Notes: generated by a model not told the origin, from the letters alone. DNA of 61,516 bases, filler included, from Choristocarpus tenellus KU-1152 (GCA_964200185.2; 9 parts of 9 records of this genome joined end to end with filler, not necessarily neighbours in it), one strand, 5' to 3'; positions 36,501-50,300 are shown, counted from the whole stretch's first letter. Numbers and translations are program-made.

Positions 36501-39500
36501 CACTGCCTCGTGGGGACCGAGTGAGGGAGTGTAAACTTATCATACGCGTTGAAATCTGCAGATGCATCGCCAACCAAGACATCACCATGAGACGATTGTT
36601 CAAGAGTATGTCTTGGAGGGCGGTCATATTTTTACTTGCTTGTAGAAGAAGGATGAACACAAGATGGGGCATCAGTGCATCGTCTCTGGAACTCCCCAAA
36701 TTTACAGAAAAGTGGAACAGGACATTGCACTGAATGTGGAGAAAGGGTTGATCATGATGCAGGTAGCTGGTCTGAGGGATCAACTAGGATTCTGGGTTGA
36801 GGCATACATTACACCTAACACTTTTCTAACACGAGCATATTATTTGTCAATCCCCACTGGAAGTCTCCACATTTAGATTTCGGGGAAGGGTGCCTAATGC
36901 TGCCTGAGGTAGTGGAGTTAGGTCCGAGTGGAAGAACTACGGACAAATCCAGACAAAATACTGGTGCAAAGTCCTGTGGTAACAGGCTGGGCAAGCGATT
37001 TAAATAGGAAGACAGAGAGGAGTTGGAATTAAAGTTGGGCACTAGCGTTGATGATGTGGATCCAATATTACAGCAATATGTGGATCCCAACGGTGACCCT
37101 CCACCTAAACCAGACGGATCTTTGGAGGAGTCTGTTGGAGATATACAATACAATTTATTTGAAATCCTGAGGTATGAGGCAGTGAGTGGAGTTGGAACTG
37201 TAGACAACGGCATCACACGGTGTATTGGACTTAGGCAAGGGTGTTGTGGATCAGATGTCACAGCAGATGACTGGGAAAAAAACATCGATGGTGACTTTTG
37301 CAGATCACAACAGTGATCCTCCACCTGAGGCAAGTGCAACATCTGATTAACAACTGAAGTGAGAGAAGACAATAGTTGGTTGGTTTACCTGTTGGTGGGA
37401 AAGCGAGAATGCTACCACTTCAACCCAAGACAGTGAGAAATGCAACGTATTCGAAGGAGGAACTGTGGAATGTGGTAGTGAAATAGGAAATGGGCATACA
37501 CGGCTGAGGAGCGAGATTCAAGGTACCTTACATAGTAAAATAACACAGGTTTTGACCGAGGCAGATGATTGTGCTATTTAGATTGCTCAGGAAACAGTAT
37601 TCGGAAGAAGAACAAAACATATTTATATACAATAACACAATATACACCAGTTGGTGAGGTAAGGAAACACAGCAATTTGATATTTAACTACGGAGTTCCA
37701 ACATGCAGACCTCTTTCCCCAGGGTGTGTGTAAGGAATCAGTCCATAGGCATTCCAGTGATATCATGCGTAGAATGATTGAGGTTACACATCTTCACCAG
37801 AAGTTCAAAGCAGGGGAGTGTGTCAAGAATATGCTTTCTATTTTTGTGCAAAAATATATTCTGTAAAAACGATCTGATGACGAAAGAGAACACACTGGTG
37901 TTCTGAAGAATAGAAGATAGGTATGAGTTAATGAACAAGAATATGGACAAGTTCAGGAGTATGAAACATTGTAGCAAGTAATCTGTGATTAATGATTAAC
38001 GATCCACAGAATAGGATTGATTTGGCAGCAAGGACCCCCCCCCCTTGCTCACTCGTCCTTTCTCCTTGCGATTTTCATCTACAACCTATCCAATCAATTA
38101 ACATCAAGTCACTCATGTCAGGGCTTTTCACTGGGCCTTGCAGTTAGCATGTCCAACGTCGGTCATATGGCCACAGGCCGGTCAGCAACCATGCCATGTT
38201 GAAACTGTCGATGGTAATGAACTTGGTCATGTTCGAACTCGGTTGTACATGACTGGCTGTGTTCGCACTCTCCCCAAAGAGCTTGGTGCTTTACCAAGAA
38301 GAAAATGACGTAGAATGTGCTTTACAAAGTTTACAGCGAAGAGTGAGACCTATCCACAAAGGGGGACCTAGTTCCAAGTTTCCATGATCACGCTTTCACT
38401 AGATTTGGTATATCACTGATAGAAACATTTCCTAAAATATTTCCTCAATATCAGAATATTCCATTTTTCTGATCCATCAATATTCTCCCATCGTACAAAC
38501 ATTATCTTGTTACGTACATAAATAATTCTTCATGTATACTAGTCAAAACATTTGGTTTGTACAGTACTTCAAAGCATCTCCTCATGAGGACAGGTTGGTG
38601 ACCCTAGTCGTGTCGATTAAGTGAAGGCCATGGACAGAGCCATGTTTGAACTTGGTTGTTTATGCTGCCTGTCATGAAGAGTAAGCGATGGCCAAGGACT
38701 CCACTACGTTAGAATATTGTATCCATGTCCATGATCAGTCAATATTTATTTCACGTTCTGGTCAGACATATCATGGTCATGCCCCCTAATTCACCCTATT
38801 TGGATCTTGCGTCCTTTACTACTACTATAAATTACATATTACAAAGTGGTATTTTTTTGTCTTACTTGACTATTTTATCTATTAAAATTATGGAATATTT
38901 AAGTATATTGAGTAGTGGGTAAGGTGATGATTTGTGATAGAAGTGTGGCAACTTACCCTTCAATGTGTTGCACACAATTTTTGTTCACATGGAAACGCCA
39001 AACGAAATTGACAGATAGACTTGAGTATGTGCAGTGGACATGGTCCGGACATGCTAGAAAAAAGGATTAGGTTGGTGGTCATGGTCCAGACATGCAGGGG
39101 AAAAGGTAAGACTGACCAGCAGGTGGAGTTGGACCAAACATGTCAGAGAATATTGGGCTCAGTCCAGCAGGCCGACATGGACCGAGACATGTTAAAAAAA
39201 ATGTGGGACCAGTCTGACAAGTGGACTGGATTTTTAAATTTGCTGACCCAGTGAAGCCCTGATTTAATATACAAGTCTTGTGAAACGTCAGTCTCTCTAA
39301 CCTTCTCAGTATCTGACAAACTAGGATCATTCTTACGTAAATATGTGTTGAAACCTGAGTTTGAATGAATCGTGCTTGATTGTGATGTGGCTACCTGTGG
39401 CGAAGAGGTGTCACTGTGCAGTACAGCACCGGTGGATTTGTTCTGGTTGATCTGACATCTTTTGCTCTATCAGATGATGGTTGATGTGAGAGTGGTATCA

Positions 39501-42500
39501 TTCATTGAGGTTCTCAAATTAAGAAATACATACTCTCTGAAGAGGCTTGTCATCTTGACTGAGAAGGGTTTCTGAGGATGTTTTAACTCTGAGTATATTG
39601 CATCCTGGTGTGTATCAGGTACACTTAATGCATGCCGAGTGATGTTGATGTCTTATGAGGGGGCAATGCAAGCCAAGAAAAACATTAATCAACACATGAT
39701 ATGCAACTGATGACTTCTTGTGCGAAGAAGAGGAAGATAGGGAAAAACAAGGGAAAAACAAGAAGACGAACTTGAATCAATATGTGAGGGAACTGATGTG
39801 ACACATATTTTGCCCGTATATGTGATAGGTAGCGACCGTTCTGATGCTTCCAATGTACTATGATGTTCCAAAGGAAATTGATGATCTAATGATGATGAGC
39901 TAATGACGTGAGTGGAGATAACGACCAGTACAATGTACAGATCAACATTCAGTATGAACTGAGGATACTGGATTGTATCAAGACAAATCAAATGAGTAGC
40001 CGATGTCTTAATAATATGTAGGCAAGAAATTGGACAGTCAGCACCTGGTAAGAGTAATTGTTGACGTACTAAACATGCAAACATTTCGCAAGGTGTGGCA
40101 AACCCCCTGTTGTTTTTCGTTCTACTCCGATCTGTGTAGGCCAATTGGGTGTAAAAGACGCCTGCACCTCACACACTGAACACAGTTTCGTGTAGGTGAG
40201 AGGAAACCTTGATACATATTTTTATCTAAGGGTGATCGCACATAATTATCAATCGTGTACAAATCTTAGGTTCCTACACCTTAAATTATATACTGAACTT
40301 TGTTCCCGTGTTTCATGAAAATTTAAAGAAAGACCACTCCCCTTTATAAACTGACACATTGTTGAAACCCTATGGCTTCCTTAGTAAAATGGTGTCTGTA
40401 GTGTGTCATCTCAGGGTCTCTAACCCCTGCAAAAAAAACAACTTCAAAATGTGCTGATATATAGTCCATATATGGACTATTTCTTAGGGGGGACAGTGAT
40501 TAAGAGGGTTGTTGTTGCTGTTAGATACAAATATCCATCCCTTCCCGTCTCGTGGGATCTGAGTGAAACCAATCGAGAGGTAGGCTAGGTTGCATTTGAA
40601 GGATTCCTAAAAAGAGCAATATTTAGCCACATTTTATTGTTGCATAAGAATCATTTGCTGAGTTGTTGTGTCACTTTGTGTGTGGATAGGGGGAATATCA
40701 ATTTTTTGTACACTATTGACACATTAAGCAATGAATAAGAGTGCATTGCTCACAGTAAGAAAGGTGACCTACAATCCAAAAGGGTCCAAACCTGCCTACC
40801 TCTTAATCAGTTGGACTCATCTATGGACATGGTTTGTCTAGCTCTTATACAGTAAAAATGCTGAAGGGAATGTGGAACGATAACCAATGAGAATACCAAG
40901 CATATACCTTTTACCCTTATTCGAAATTTATACATATTTATAACAACTCTTACACCGAACTTCGTTGTCATTGTGTCACACTTTGGTGCAACAAGCACCA
41001 AACAGCGCCAAACACAATATTGCTTACCTGTGGTTGGATTTCCAGGCTATCCGAGCTGTCAACAAATTTGACATACAATCCTTCATCACAAAAGAGGGAG
41101 TTTCCAGTGAATGTGCTCAGTCCAACCTTCTCCAAAGATGCGGCATCAGAGATAGCAGGGCCAGAAAAGGCTGTGTTATAGCTGTGTTATAGCTGTGTTA
41201 TAGCTGTGTTATAGCTGTGTTATAGCTGTGTTATTCTCAAATACACACCGTTCTAACTTTTCAACAACCCCAGCTTGTAGAATTGCCCCACCATTTCCAC
41301 CTGGAGATTCATGCATGATGCAATACAAACGAGATAACTTGGGGTTGACCGGTGTTGAGGGATTGGGTGCAACAACTGGAAATTCTGTAAGACTCACAAG
41401 AAACAATGCATCATAACAAGCATACCTTATGGTAGTGCAAATGGCACGTACTGACAGGCATTTACTATTTGTCGTATGTCTTTACCAGACCATTATTGGT
41501 GTTGCAGATTTTTAACGTTTTATGTTTAGGTTAGACCTACTCTGTTCAGTTTTTTAATTGCTAAAAAAAAGGATTTTTTAGCCACACAACCCAAACGTAC
41601 AGGGGGAGTTTTCATATTCAAATACAACAGTACCTAGTTATTCTGTCTCAATGCAAATTTTCTCTGACACAAGGCAACAAAGGCGGAGAGCCCCAATCAC
41701 CTGCCGTGTTGCCCGAGAATATGCACCCTTCAATGATGCCAAAACCACCTAACGTAAGCAGACCTCCACCATCTAAGAGAGCAGTGTTGTCAGTGAAATT
41801 GCAATCTGAATAGATTCCTGGCTTTAGATCACTAGACGTTTGTTCATCACTGAAAGATCCAACAGAGTATGTCACCAACCCCCCTCCTGTTTCTGCAATG
41901 TTGGACATGAAGCTGGTATTTGCAACATCGAAAATGTCTGAATCTGAGCAAGCCATTCCTCCACCAGTCGTCGCTGTGTTTCTAATGAACGTAGTTGCTG
42001 ACATGACAAGATTTGAAGAGAACATCGCGACAGCACCACCAGTGGTATTTGCTCTGTTACCAGAAAATATTGTGTTGCCGCTTACCATCAGTTCCGAATC
42101 CAATGCAACAATAGCACCGCCGCTTGTATCTGCTTTGAAAATTAAAGTATGAGAATTTGTTCAGCTCAACCACAGCATCGGCATTTCTAGACTGAGAGAA
42201 AGATCTTATGGAATATTTTATTAACTGCAGAAAGAGAAGAAAGTAGAACGGGCAAACTAGACCATGTAAAAGATCATTTGTTGCTAGCAGGTTATCATAT
42301 GTCATAATCCCTCCAAAGAATAATTATCCGTGAGGACAAACATCAACAAAAAGTGGTATCAACATAAGGTATCCGTAAAAAGTACTAAAGTCATATAGTT
42401 GGTTGGTGAACCTTCAGACAAATGACACCTCTACAAGGTCTTGATCGACTTGGATGACTCTATGCTATTCTTTCAAGAACATTTTGCATTATATCTTCAA

Positions 42501-45500
42501 TTTATATGAAGTGAGAGCGTCATACCACCCTGATCTTAAAAATTCAAACAACTTACACAGCTAAAGTGAAATGCACAAACAGAATTTGAAAGAAAGGTAA
42601 GGTGCGAAATTGAAAAACTTGAGCATAGTTTAGAAGTGTTGTCGGTAAAGATGATCTGCGAAATAAAAAAAGATAATGAGAAACCTTTTTACGTTCAGCC
42701 GTCTTAAAATTAATCAGCTGTCAAAGGTTCCCCAAACATGTTCATCCCATCCCAACAAGAAACTGTTTCGTTCATGGCTATGTTGAACTATTTTTACACC
42801 TTAAAACAAGGTTCTTGATGCTAAGAATAATCTCGTTTCAAATTGTAGATGGAAGTGTGCATCATAATGCCTACTTATACTATCAGTTCTGGCCCTAACT
42901 ATCATGGAAAAGGAACATTAAATTTGTTCCATCCCAGCATCGTTACCTGTATGATTCCAACACTCGGTCATGTGTGCAATGCACCTCAAATGACTGCCAG
43001 ATATATTGAAAGTAATACTGCTTATCATGATGCAAAGTCCTGGGCAACCTCCCCACTTCTTCCTCCTATGTACTCTGCGGAATAAAGAGGAAACAATGAT
43101 CTGGAGCAAAATCAAATACGGTCAAAAAACCGTATGCACTTCACACAAACGAAAGTATACAACATTTACAGGTAACCCGGAAACCTTGCACAAGCAAGCA
43201 ATATTGGGATTTTTTTAACTTCATAAGCGATTTTTTCCTCGTTTTATTGAGGTAGGAATTAGATTACCATAAGTTTAGAAACCCTTTGTATTCATTTTTT
43301 TTTTCATGTTACAAAAGTGAAATTAAATTTACAATGTTGTCCTGTAGTACTCTTCTAGTTATCACTGATTTTTTTTCAATGTAGCAGAATAAATTATTCC
43401 CATTAGAAGAACCAAGGTCAAGTTAAACCATCTATATCCCAAGATTGTGAATGATTCAGGGTGATGACGACTTTTGGTCAACCAAGTCGCTAAAGTGTAT
43501 AATATTCCCGTCTCATTTTAAAGAGGTCATCCTTGGGACATTGCAATAATATGTACGTAATGCTACCTGAAAAATATCTTACACAAATAAATCAAATCCG
43601 ATCTGTGGTGTAAAAACAATTTCCGACAAACAAATGACGAATATAATCTTAGTTACCCACGTTGACGCCCATCCTCACATTTCAAATATTTAGGAGTTGA
43701 CTCCTGTATTTGTTTCATCTGAATCATTTGTACCCATTTGTATTTCTGAGAGTGGTGTGGGACAAATCTTCCGAAAACACAACTAAGTATTGAGGTATCA
43801 ACATACTTGTGATTTCTTGGGACCACAACGGCAAATCTTTCCAGATGGATTCAAATATATGTACTTGTATAAAGGGATTGAAGTGCTGTATGTATTTAGA
43901 GTAGTAGGAAATTTAGATGTGCGCTTTTTGTTTCTATTAAATTACAACAACATCAGATCTTCACAAAATAAATTGTCCTTTCCAACTAAATCTCAACTTA
44001 AGGTTTGGACATCAAGACAGGGTAGGGACAAATCACCCTTAGGCAGTTTACTTCTACAACACATAGGGACAAATTATATACTTACATTGATCAATTTTCG
44101 CTCAACTCAATCAAGGCCTTGTTGCAATGTCCCAAGAGATTGTTTCATGAAACATTACACGTCATGTTACCATTTCCAACTAAATCCTGGCATATCCTGC
44201 GTACATAGGGGAATCATTTCTCACATGCAGTGTTGTCGGAACAATGAAACTCGCCACTCACTCCCACCTCCAGCTTCGAATCGACCAAGGCTATACCTCC
44301 TCCATTTTCTGAAAAAAAAAGTGTTGGTACACAATATTTGAATCATCCGTTGAACTTCAGTTGCTGCCAAATCAATGTGTAACTTGTGGAGGATGACTAT
44401 CTAAATAGCGTTGGGAAAGATGAACCTGTCAGGTCTAGGAATAGATATACAGGCTCACAAAGTAATCCATGAAATCTTGTTTCGTTTGATTGTCAGCATC
44501 CAAATATGAACTGATACGAGTTTTGAATATACATATTTCAATGAACAGTAACCCACTACTTCCTAGAACGGGTTAAGGACTAAGCAATTTTGGAAAAATT
44601 AATAATGCTTCACTCAAAAAGTACAGACCCACAGCAAATGGAACCTCAGGAGGAAACATGCTAACAATCAACACACATCATATAGAAATACTGACAAAGT
44701 CAGTGTTCATTACCACGCCAGGCAGTTTGCATGTTCAGTGTCAATCATTTGGCCGTGGTCTGGCCAGCAGTCAAGTCATGGCAAAACTCTTGATGGCAGG
44801 CAGTCACAATCGGTTACTGGCGATCTTTTCTCTGGTCCTCAAATCACTCTTCTACTCAAAATGACTAAGGAATGCATGACCGGTCTTGATCAGGTCTCTT
44901 TTAAATCCCTACCAATATTTCAATACTCCACCCTAACTCAAATTGAAATGTAAGCACAAAAAGCAAACACTGTTGTTCTAGCTGCACTACCTTAAGTATA
45001 ACAATTCCAGCTTGTCTCTGTAAGAAAAAAACGCCCCTTTCTGAAATTAAATGCACAACACCAACCAAAACAATGAAAAATATCCTTAGTGCTGTTTCTC
45101 CTCCCAAGAACCATGGATTCAAGAGATGCAGAATATTATATATTCACCTGCTCTGTTGCTTGCTACGGACAGGATCCCTGTGATAATCATTGTGCCAGAG
45201 CCGTAGATTCGAATGCCTCCTCCGAAGAATCCTGTAAAAAAGCAACAATAAAAGGAAATGTTTGAATTATGCCAAATGATCAATATCATTATATGTATGG
45301 ATGTAATCAATATTCTGCGAAAAGTATTATCTACAAGAGGTTTCCGAAAAATATGAAAAAAACATACAATTTCCATTGTTTGTTCCATCATCACGAAACA
45401 GATTGCGCACATGGGGTTGTTCACCTGTCAAGAAAAAACAGTATGAAAAAGAGAGTAAACTCAGTGTACCGTTGAAAATCAAAAAAGATGATTCCAAATT

Positions 45501-46065
45501 GAAGAATGTTACGTTTATGGTGGTCTCACTCTGATCTATATTATCTTCATACTAGAGGGCAATGTATTTGATGATCCCTCGTCTCTGTAAGTTGTCTTAT
45601 TTTTCCACAGTATTGTTGTATTACACTCCTTAGCATGTTGGCATGTAGATTTGAAGAACAAAGGAGAGCTAAGCAAAGAATCAATGTGTCTCCTTTCCAT
45701 CATAGCAGTGATCTCTTTCGGTACTACCATTGTTGATAGGATATTTAATGTTGGACTTTCAAAATTGTACAGTAAATTGTGGGAGGCTAGACCATGTGTT
45801 AGATACCTCTTGACTGTTGAACATGCAAGACACGAGCTTCCGTTGCTCAGCAGTTCAAATTGATACAGCCCATTTCACCATTATTACAAAAGAAATGATA
45901 AACATAGGGATCAACTAAATTTTGTTCCCCCTGAGCAAACATACTTAACTGGGGAAAAGGAATGAAACCAACGAAACTTACCAGCAATGTTACCATAAAA
46001 GTTGGAAATACCTCCGAAGTTGAGAATTGATGACGAAATACCATAGATCGCACCTCCATTTGAAT
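33520..46065 (-). CDS. polymorphic-membrane-protein-like (GGAI/FxxN beta-helix) surface protein with a Cys-rich region; partial, and disrupted as assembled
   Basis: Exons 46065-45982 (SNGGAIYGISSSILNFGGISNFYGNIA), 45231-45148, 44308-44225, 42129-41701 (several GGA/FxxN repeats), 41300-41028 and 33784-33520 (CHDCPVC...LDKGYWR...CIEGYKG). All are GT-AG and phase-compatible, except for an 11-bp repeat expansion in 41300-41028 that creates a stop. Confidence 0.85.
34440..34600 (-). repeat. dispersed repeat; inverted copy at 60883-61030
   Basis: Both copies share tgttgaactatcccac.ctggacccgc.gctttta...gaaggacaaagaacagcttgat. Confidence 0.75.
34845..39900 (+). mobile_element. decayed LTR retrotransposon (probably Ty3/gypsy) in the large intron of the Pmp-like gene, with nested repeats
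   Basis: Possible primer-binding site TGGTGCGAGAAG at 34845, gag zinc knuckle CYECGVTGHKTYCC at ~35753-35794, and eroded pol-like stretches downstream. Boundaries are approximate. Confidence 0.5.
41170..41234. repeat. 11-bp tandem repeat x6 (GCTGTGTTATA) inside a coding exon
   Basis: Five full copies plus one 10-nt copy. Confidence 0.95.
43532..44136. mobile_element. ~600-bp TIR-bounded non-autonomous element
   Basis: 15-bp perfect TIR CTTGGGACATTGCAA / TTGCAATGTCCCAAG. An internal 30-bp stretch (43742-43771) recurs inverted at 51313-51342. Confidence 0.65.
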
Positions 46066-46699
46066 CTGGAATTATGTCATGGTGTTGTAGGAGTGAATTC
46101 AGATCATAACTTTACATCCTAGGAAACAGACCTGATACTGTTCATCTAGAGTGTGGAGAGGGGTAAAGAGTAGGTAAAGTTTCTCATGGAAATTAAATGT
46201 TTAGACATCTGTCCCTGAATAGATCAAACTTGTCCCAAGTTCAAATTGATACAGCCCATTTCGCCATTATTACAAAAGAATTGGAGCGGGGAATGTTGAG
46301 TCGAGCTCTAATGAAAGATTCTAGTTACCACTGCTTGGACTATTCACGTAATGGAAACAAGATCAAGCAGACAGAACACAGATCACAACAACAACAAAGT
46401 ATCTCACACCCTTTACTGCTACAAGAAATCATTTTACACTACAAAATCAGACCCTATACTATCCTTCTACATACCCGCCGTGTTACTTTCAAAGGACAAC
46501 ACCCCCCAGTATGCTGAGATTGCTTTTGTCGTACATTTGAATAGCTCCTCCACTTGAACGTGTCAAATTTCAAAAGACTTTCATAACCTTTGCAAATGTA
46601 GAAATGGTTTCTGTGGTATCGTATTCTCTCCAGAGCATATATTGTGTATGAACAAGAGATCATAAATGTTGCATGCTATGGCAAGGATATTTCTAACAC

Positions 46700-46799
46700 N
46701 NNNNNNNNNNNNNNNNNNNNNNNNNNNNNNNNNNNNNNNNNNNTTAATTAATTAANNNNNNNNNNNNNNNNNNNNNNNNNNNNNNNNNNNNNNNNNNNN
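46700..46799. other. artificial contig linker
   Basis: N44-TTAATTAATTAA-N44. Confidence 0.98.
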
Positions 46800-47326
46800 T
46801 TTCTGCTTATAAGCAACTGAAATTTTAAGACGTGAGAACGAAGTGGATCTTCCATGTGTGACATTCGGACAGGAAACCGTGGAATCATGAATTCTTGACT
46901 GAGAACCTTAATCGGTACCACGGTATAACGGTATATGGCATACGGCAATAACAGTATAATAACAGACAAACATCTTTTCCATATAATGTACAAGATTTTT
47001 GGGCATCATTGATTGGTACATTTTAACCATTCATTCATCAGCAAAATGTAAAGTACAATATGAAAAAAAATTATTTGGATATTGGTAATAATCTATGTTT
47101 TTTGATCTTCACTATTTTTATTATTATGTCTCTGACATTTTGCTATTAATTTATGAAATATCAACCTTCACAATAAAATACAAGGAAGTTTCTGAAAACA
47201 AGGCAGTCAGTATCTTAGAACATGAGAGGGAAAATTGCTACTTGTCATGATGTGGTAGGGGTTTAGGGGGGAGAAGACTGTTTTGGGGATTTTCATTAGT
47301 TTGGGTCCATAGTTGACAAGATTGGC

Positions 47327-50300
47327 ATGGAGAACGCTGCGGAGAAGAATCAAGATACAGTGCAGAAGGGAGGCTTCCGCAAGTCATGTGATCTTTGCTA
47401 CGTCAGAAAACGGTGATGTTGGAGAATGATGTTGGAGAAGGGCTGTTAGGCTTAAAAACACATGAAGTAGGGGAGACAGATGACATAGGGAAAGGGGCAC
47501 GGGAAAGCAATTCATAGTACCCTTAGTCGGATCGTTTTGGTTACCTGCGAGATTTGATTCGCGATTACATAAATATGTAGTTTTGCAAGTTGCATAGAGC
47601 GTTCTTGTTGCTCTAGGTATCCTGGATCAACAGACATAGCTAATCTCTGTAGGCCTGGCCAGAGCTTTTATTTCTTACTCGGTCAGTCGAATTGATACTT
47701 CTATGTGCCACTCATGTCGACGAGCCCCTTTCTTGACGATGTGTTGGGCATTCCTGATGTCATCGGCAACCATGTACTCAACATGTTCGGGGACTGAAAC
47801 AGGCGATGCGATGGGGATGGCAAGAACACGTGTGCACTCTGTAGAAAAAAGGGTAAAGAGTGCGTCTACAGCAGGAAGGGATATAGGTAGGTGATGAGCA
47901 TTGTGTAAGGACGGATAGAAATTGCAATTTCGAACCACCGCCCCCAGCTCCGTTGTGGTGCGCCTTATACACAGCAGAACAGTTGTGCTTGAGCGTGGGA
48001 TCTGAAATATTGTCATTTTGAGCGCCTGTGTGCATCTTCGGTATGCCAATGTAGACTGGCCTGCAGGAAATTTGACTCTTTACTGATCCTTCGCTAATTT
48101 TCTTGGGGTGAATTGAGATTTGTCTGCAAAATGTGCATTGTGTAGTAGTAGTTGAAGACACCTCAAGATGTAGCGGGGAGATATTCGAAGCGGTGGAGGA
48201 CAGGGAGAGAACACGAGTCTGCAGTAGCTATTTATTTGTTGTTGTCAAGGTGGAGTGTCATCTGACTGGCATGCCACTCATTGGAGTGCATGCCCAACAA
48301 GGGAGGCAGACTACCATTTCATTTGCGAGGAACATGTTTGATTCCAAGCATCTCATCTTGTGTTTTATGTCATATTTTTTTGTTGTGGAAGAATTGGTGC
48401 AATCAATATGATACAGCGAAACTTGCGGACAGAACACCTTACCTCCATTGATCGAGTGCGTCATTGTTAGGATAAGTATTTTAGATAAGGTGCAGGATAG
48501 TCATAGGGTGGACTTTACTGCCCAAAGGTCCAAAGTAGATGCAAGTATTTCCCGTAGATCACATACACAAATCAGCATAGAGCAGGGAAGGGTTAACAAT
48601 CAACAATTAGGACGATCCATACCCTCCGCCCCTCTTCCTCCTTGCCCCCCTGCCCTTCAACCTTTCCACATTCACAGGATGGGTATATTTTTCGTTGTTT
48701 TGTCTGATGATTGGGCCAACAACCCATACCAAGATGAAGGTGACCATGCCTGATAGTACAGAATGTTGCCTGCAGAAAGACGTAAGAGTTTGTCATTGCT
48801 TTGGGGAGGTACTGGCTATTGCAATGGCAATATTTAGAATTTACCATACCAGGATCTCGTCTTGTCCTATGCTAAAGTTTGTTGTTGCCCTTACGATACT
48901 CAAGATACTTGAAAAAAAAATGAATATGAGTTTGTAATATGATTTGTTTTGCAACCATGATGATGGTGTGCATGCTTCAAGGTTTTCATGTATAAATGTG
49001 GAGAGGTGCATTTTGCCTGGAGACTGGTCCAAGCTGAAAGACTATGGTCGCAGATTTAACCAATGCAGCATACCGAGAGTAAGATATGTGGATTATGATG
49101 CAAAGACGTGGATGCTTAACACTCTTTATGCATTTTATTTTGCGTTTCCACTCCCATGCAATCTTTCCCCCCTTCTCCCCCCCCTGGGATCTCCTTGGAT
49201 CAGAGGAACCAGTCACAAAAGGCGCAGAGACAATGATCCCCGTTTGGTGGTTCTGGATGAGGTTTGGGGTCATGCATGTGGTAACAATTCCTGGAGAGTG
49301 GAGGGACCAGGGGGTGAAGGGGGACAGGCCATTATGTCGATATTGCAGGAGCGGGTGAGTCCTGACCTGAACAATAGCTAGCTTTCTTATTGGGAGGGAG
49401 GGGGGGGTGGGTGTTTGTTATAATTGTTTTTTTGTGCGATCAGAAGGGGGTTAGGGTTAGGGTTTATTGCGCTGTCTTTGTGTTGAGTTGATCATTGAGG
49501 ATGTTTGCCTATTCCAGTGACCTGGCGAATGATTGACCTATTGCTACTAGTACAGGTATACCTGTCCAAGGTGTGTGCCGTGGCAGTATAGTAAAGGTGT
49601 TAAGTGGCTAGTTGTTTATCGTGGATGAGGATCTTCCTTTCACTAACAGACTGGGCATTGACTTAACTCCCTTGATGATGATCTCTCTCACTTCACCTGA
49701 TGGTGAATCGAGTCCCGGGAGCAGTGATCCCAAGGGGGGAAGCCCCAATGAGTTTCGACCAGTAAGTGGCACTAAGGTTGGGCATACGTTTAAGCCCATT
49801 CTTGATGATGTTCTTTGACACCTCTTCGTTGGCAGGCGGGTCTTCTTGTCATCATTCAAACCTCCCTGCATACTATTTTGACTTATTAGTGATGTGTAAG
49901 GGATAAAATCGGTCAGTGCATAATTTTGGATGCCGTGAATGATTTTATTTCTGTCCATGAAAGAAGCGGTTCTGTTCAAGGTCCTACACCTCCCCACCTG
50001 CGTTACCCGTTCACCCGGTTGATGTTAGGGTTATGTTCAAGATTAATAATTTATGTGTTTTTGTCATGCCTGTCATTTATTGATACAACAGTAGCGTTGG
50101 TTGTAGAGCTAGGTTATTTGAACGAGACGATGCTGCTGTTATTTTTCTTGTTTTTTTCTGGCCAAGGTTCGATTAGTTTTTTTATTTGTTGATGATTTGA
50201 TTCTCAGATGAAATAGATCACACTTCAGACAGATGGTCATGGAGTAACTCATTTTTGCTTAACGGATAAGTAGTTTTTTTTTTTTAACGATATTAGTATA

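Noticed and set aside
42450-42535. Another possible decayed 84-nt Pmp exon (DQGG...)
   Set aside because: Too eroded to distinguish from chance.
49311-49354. Reading this exon as a frameshifted exon 2 of a pseudogenised zinc cluster
   Set aside because: The true exon 2 is 47803-47886, which completes an intact cluster. 49311-49354 is in frame when spliced from 48781.
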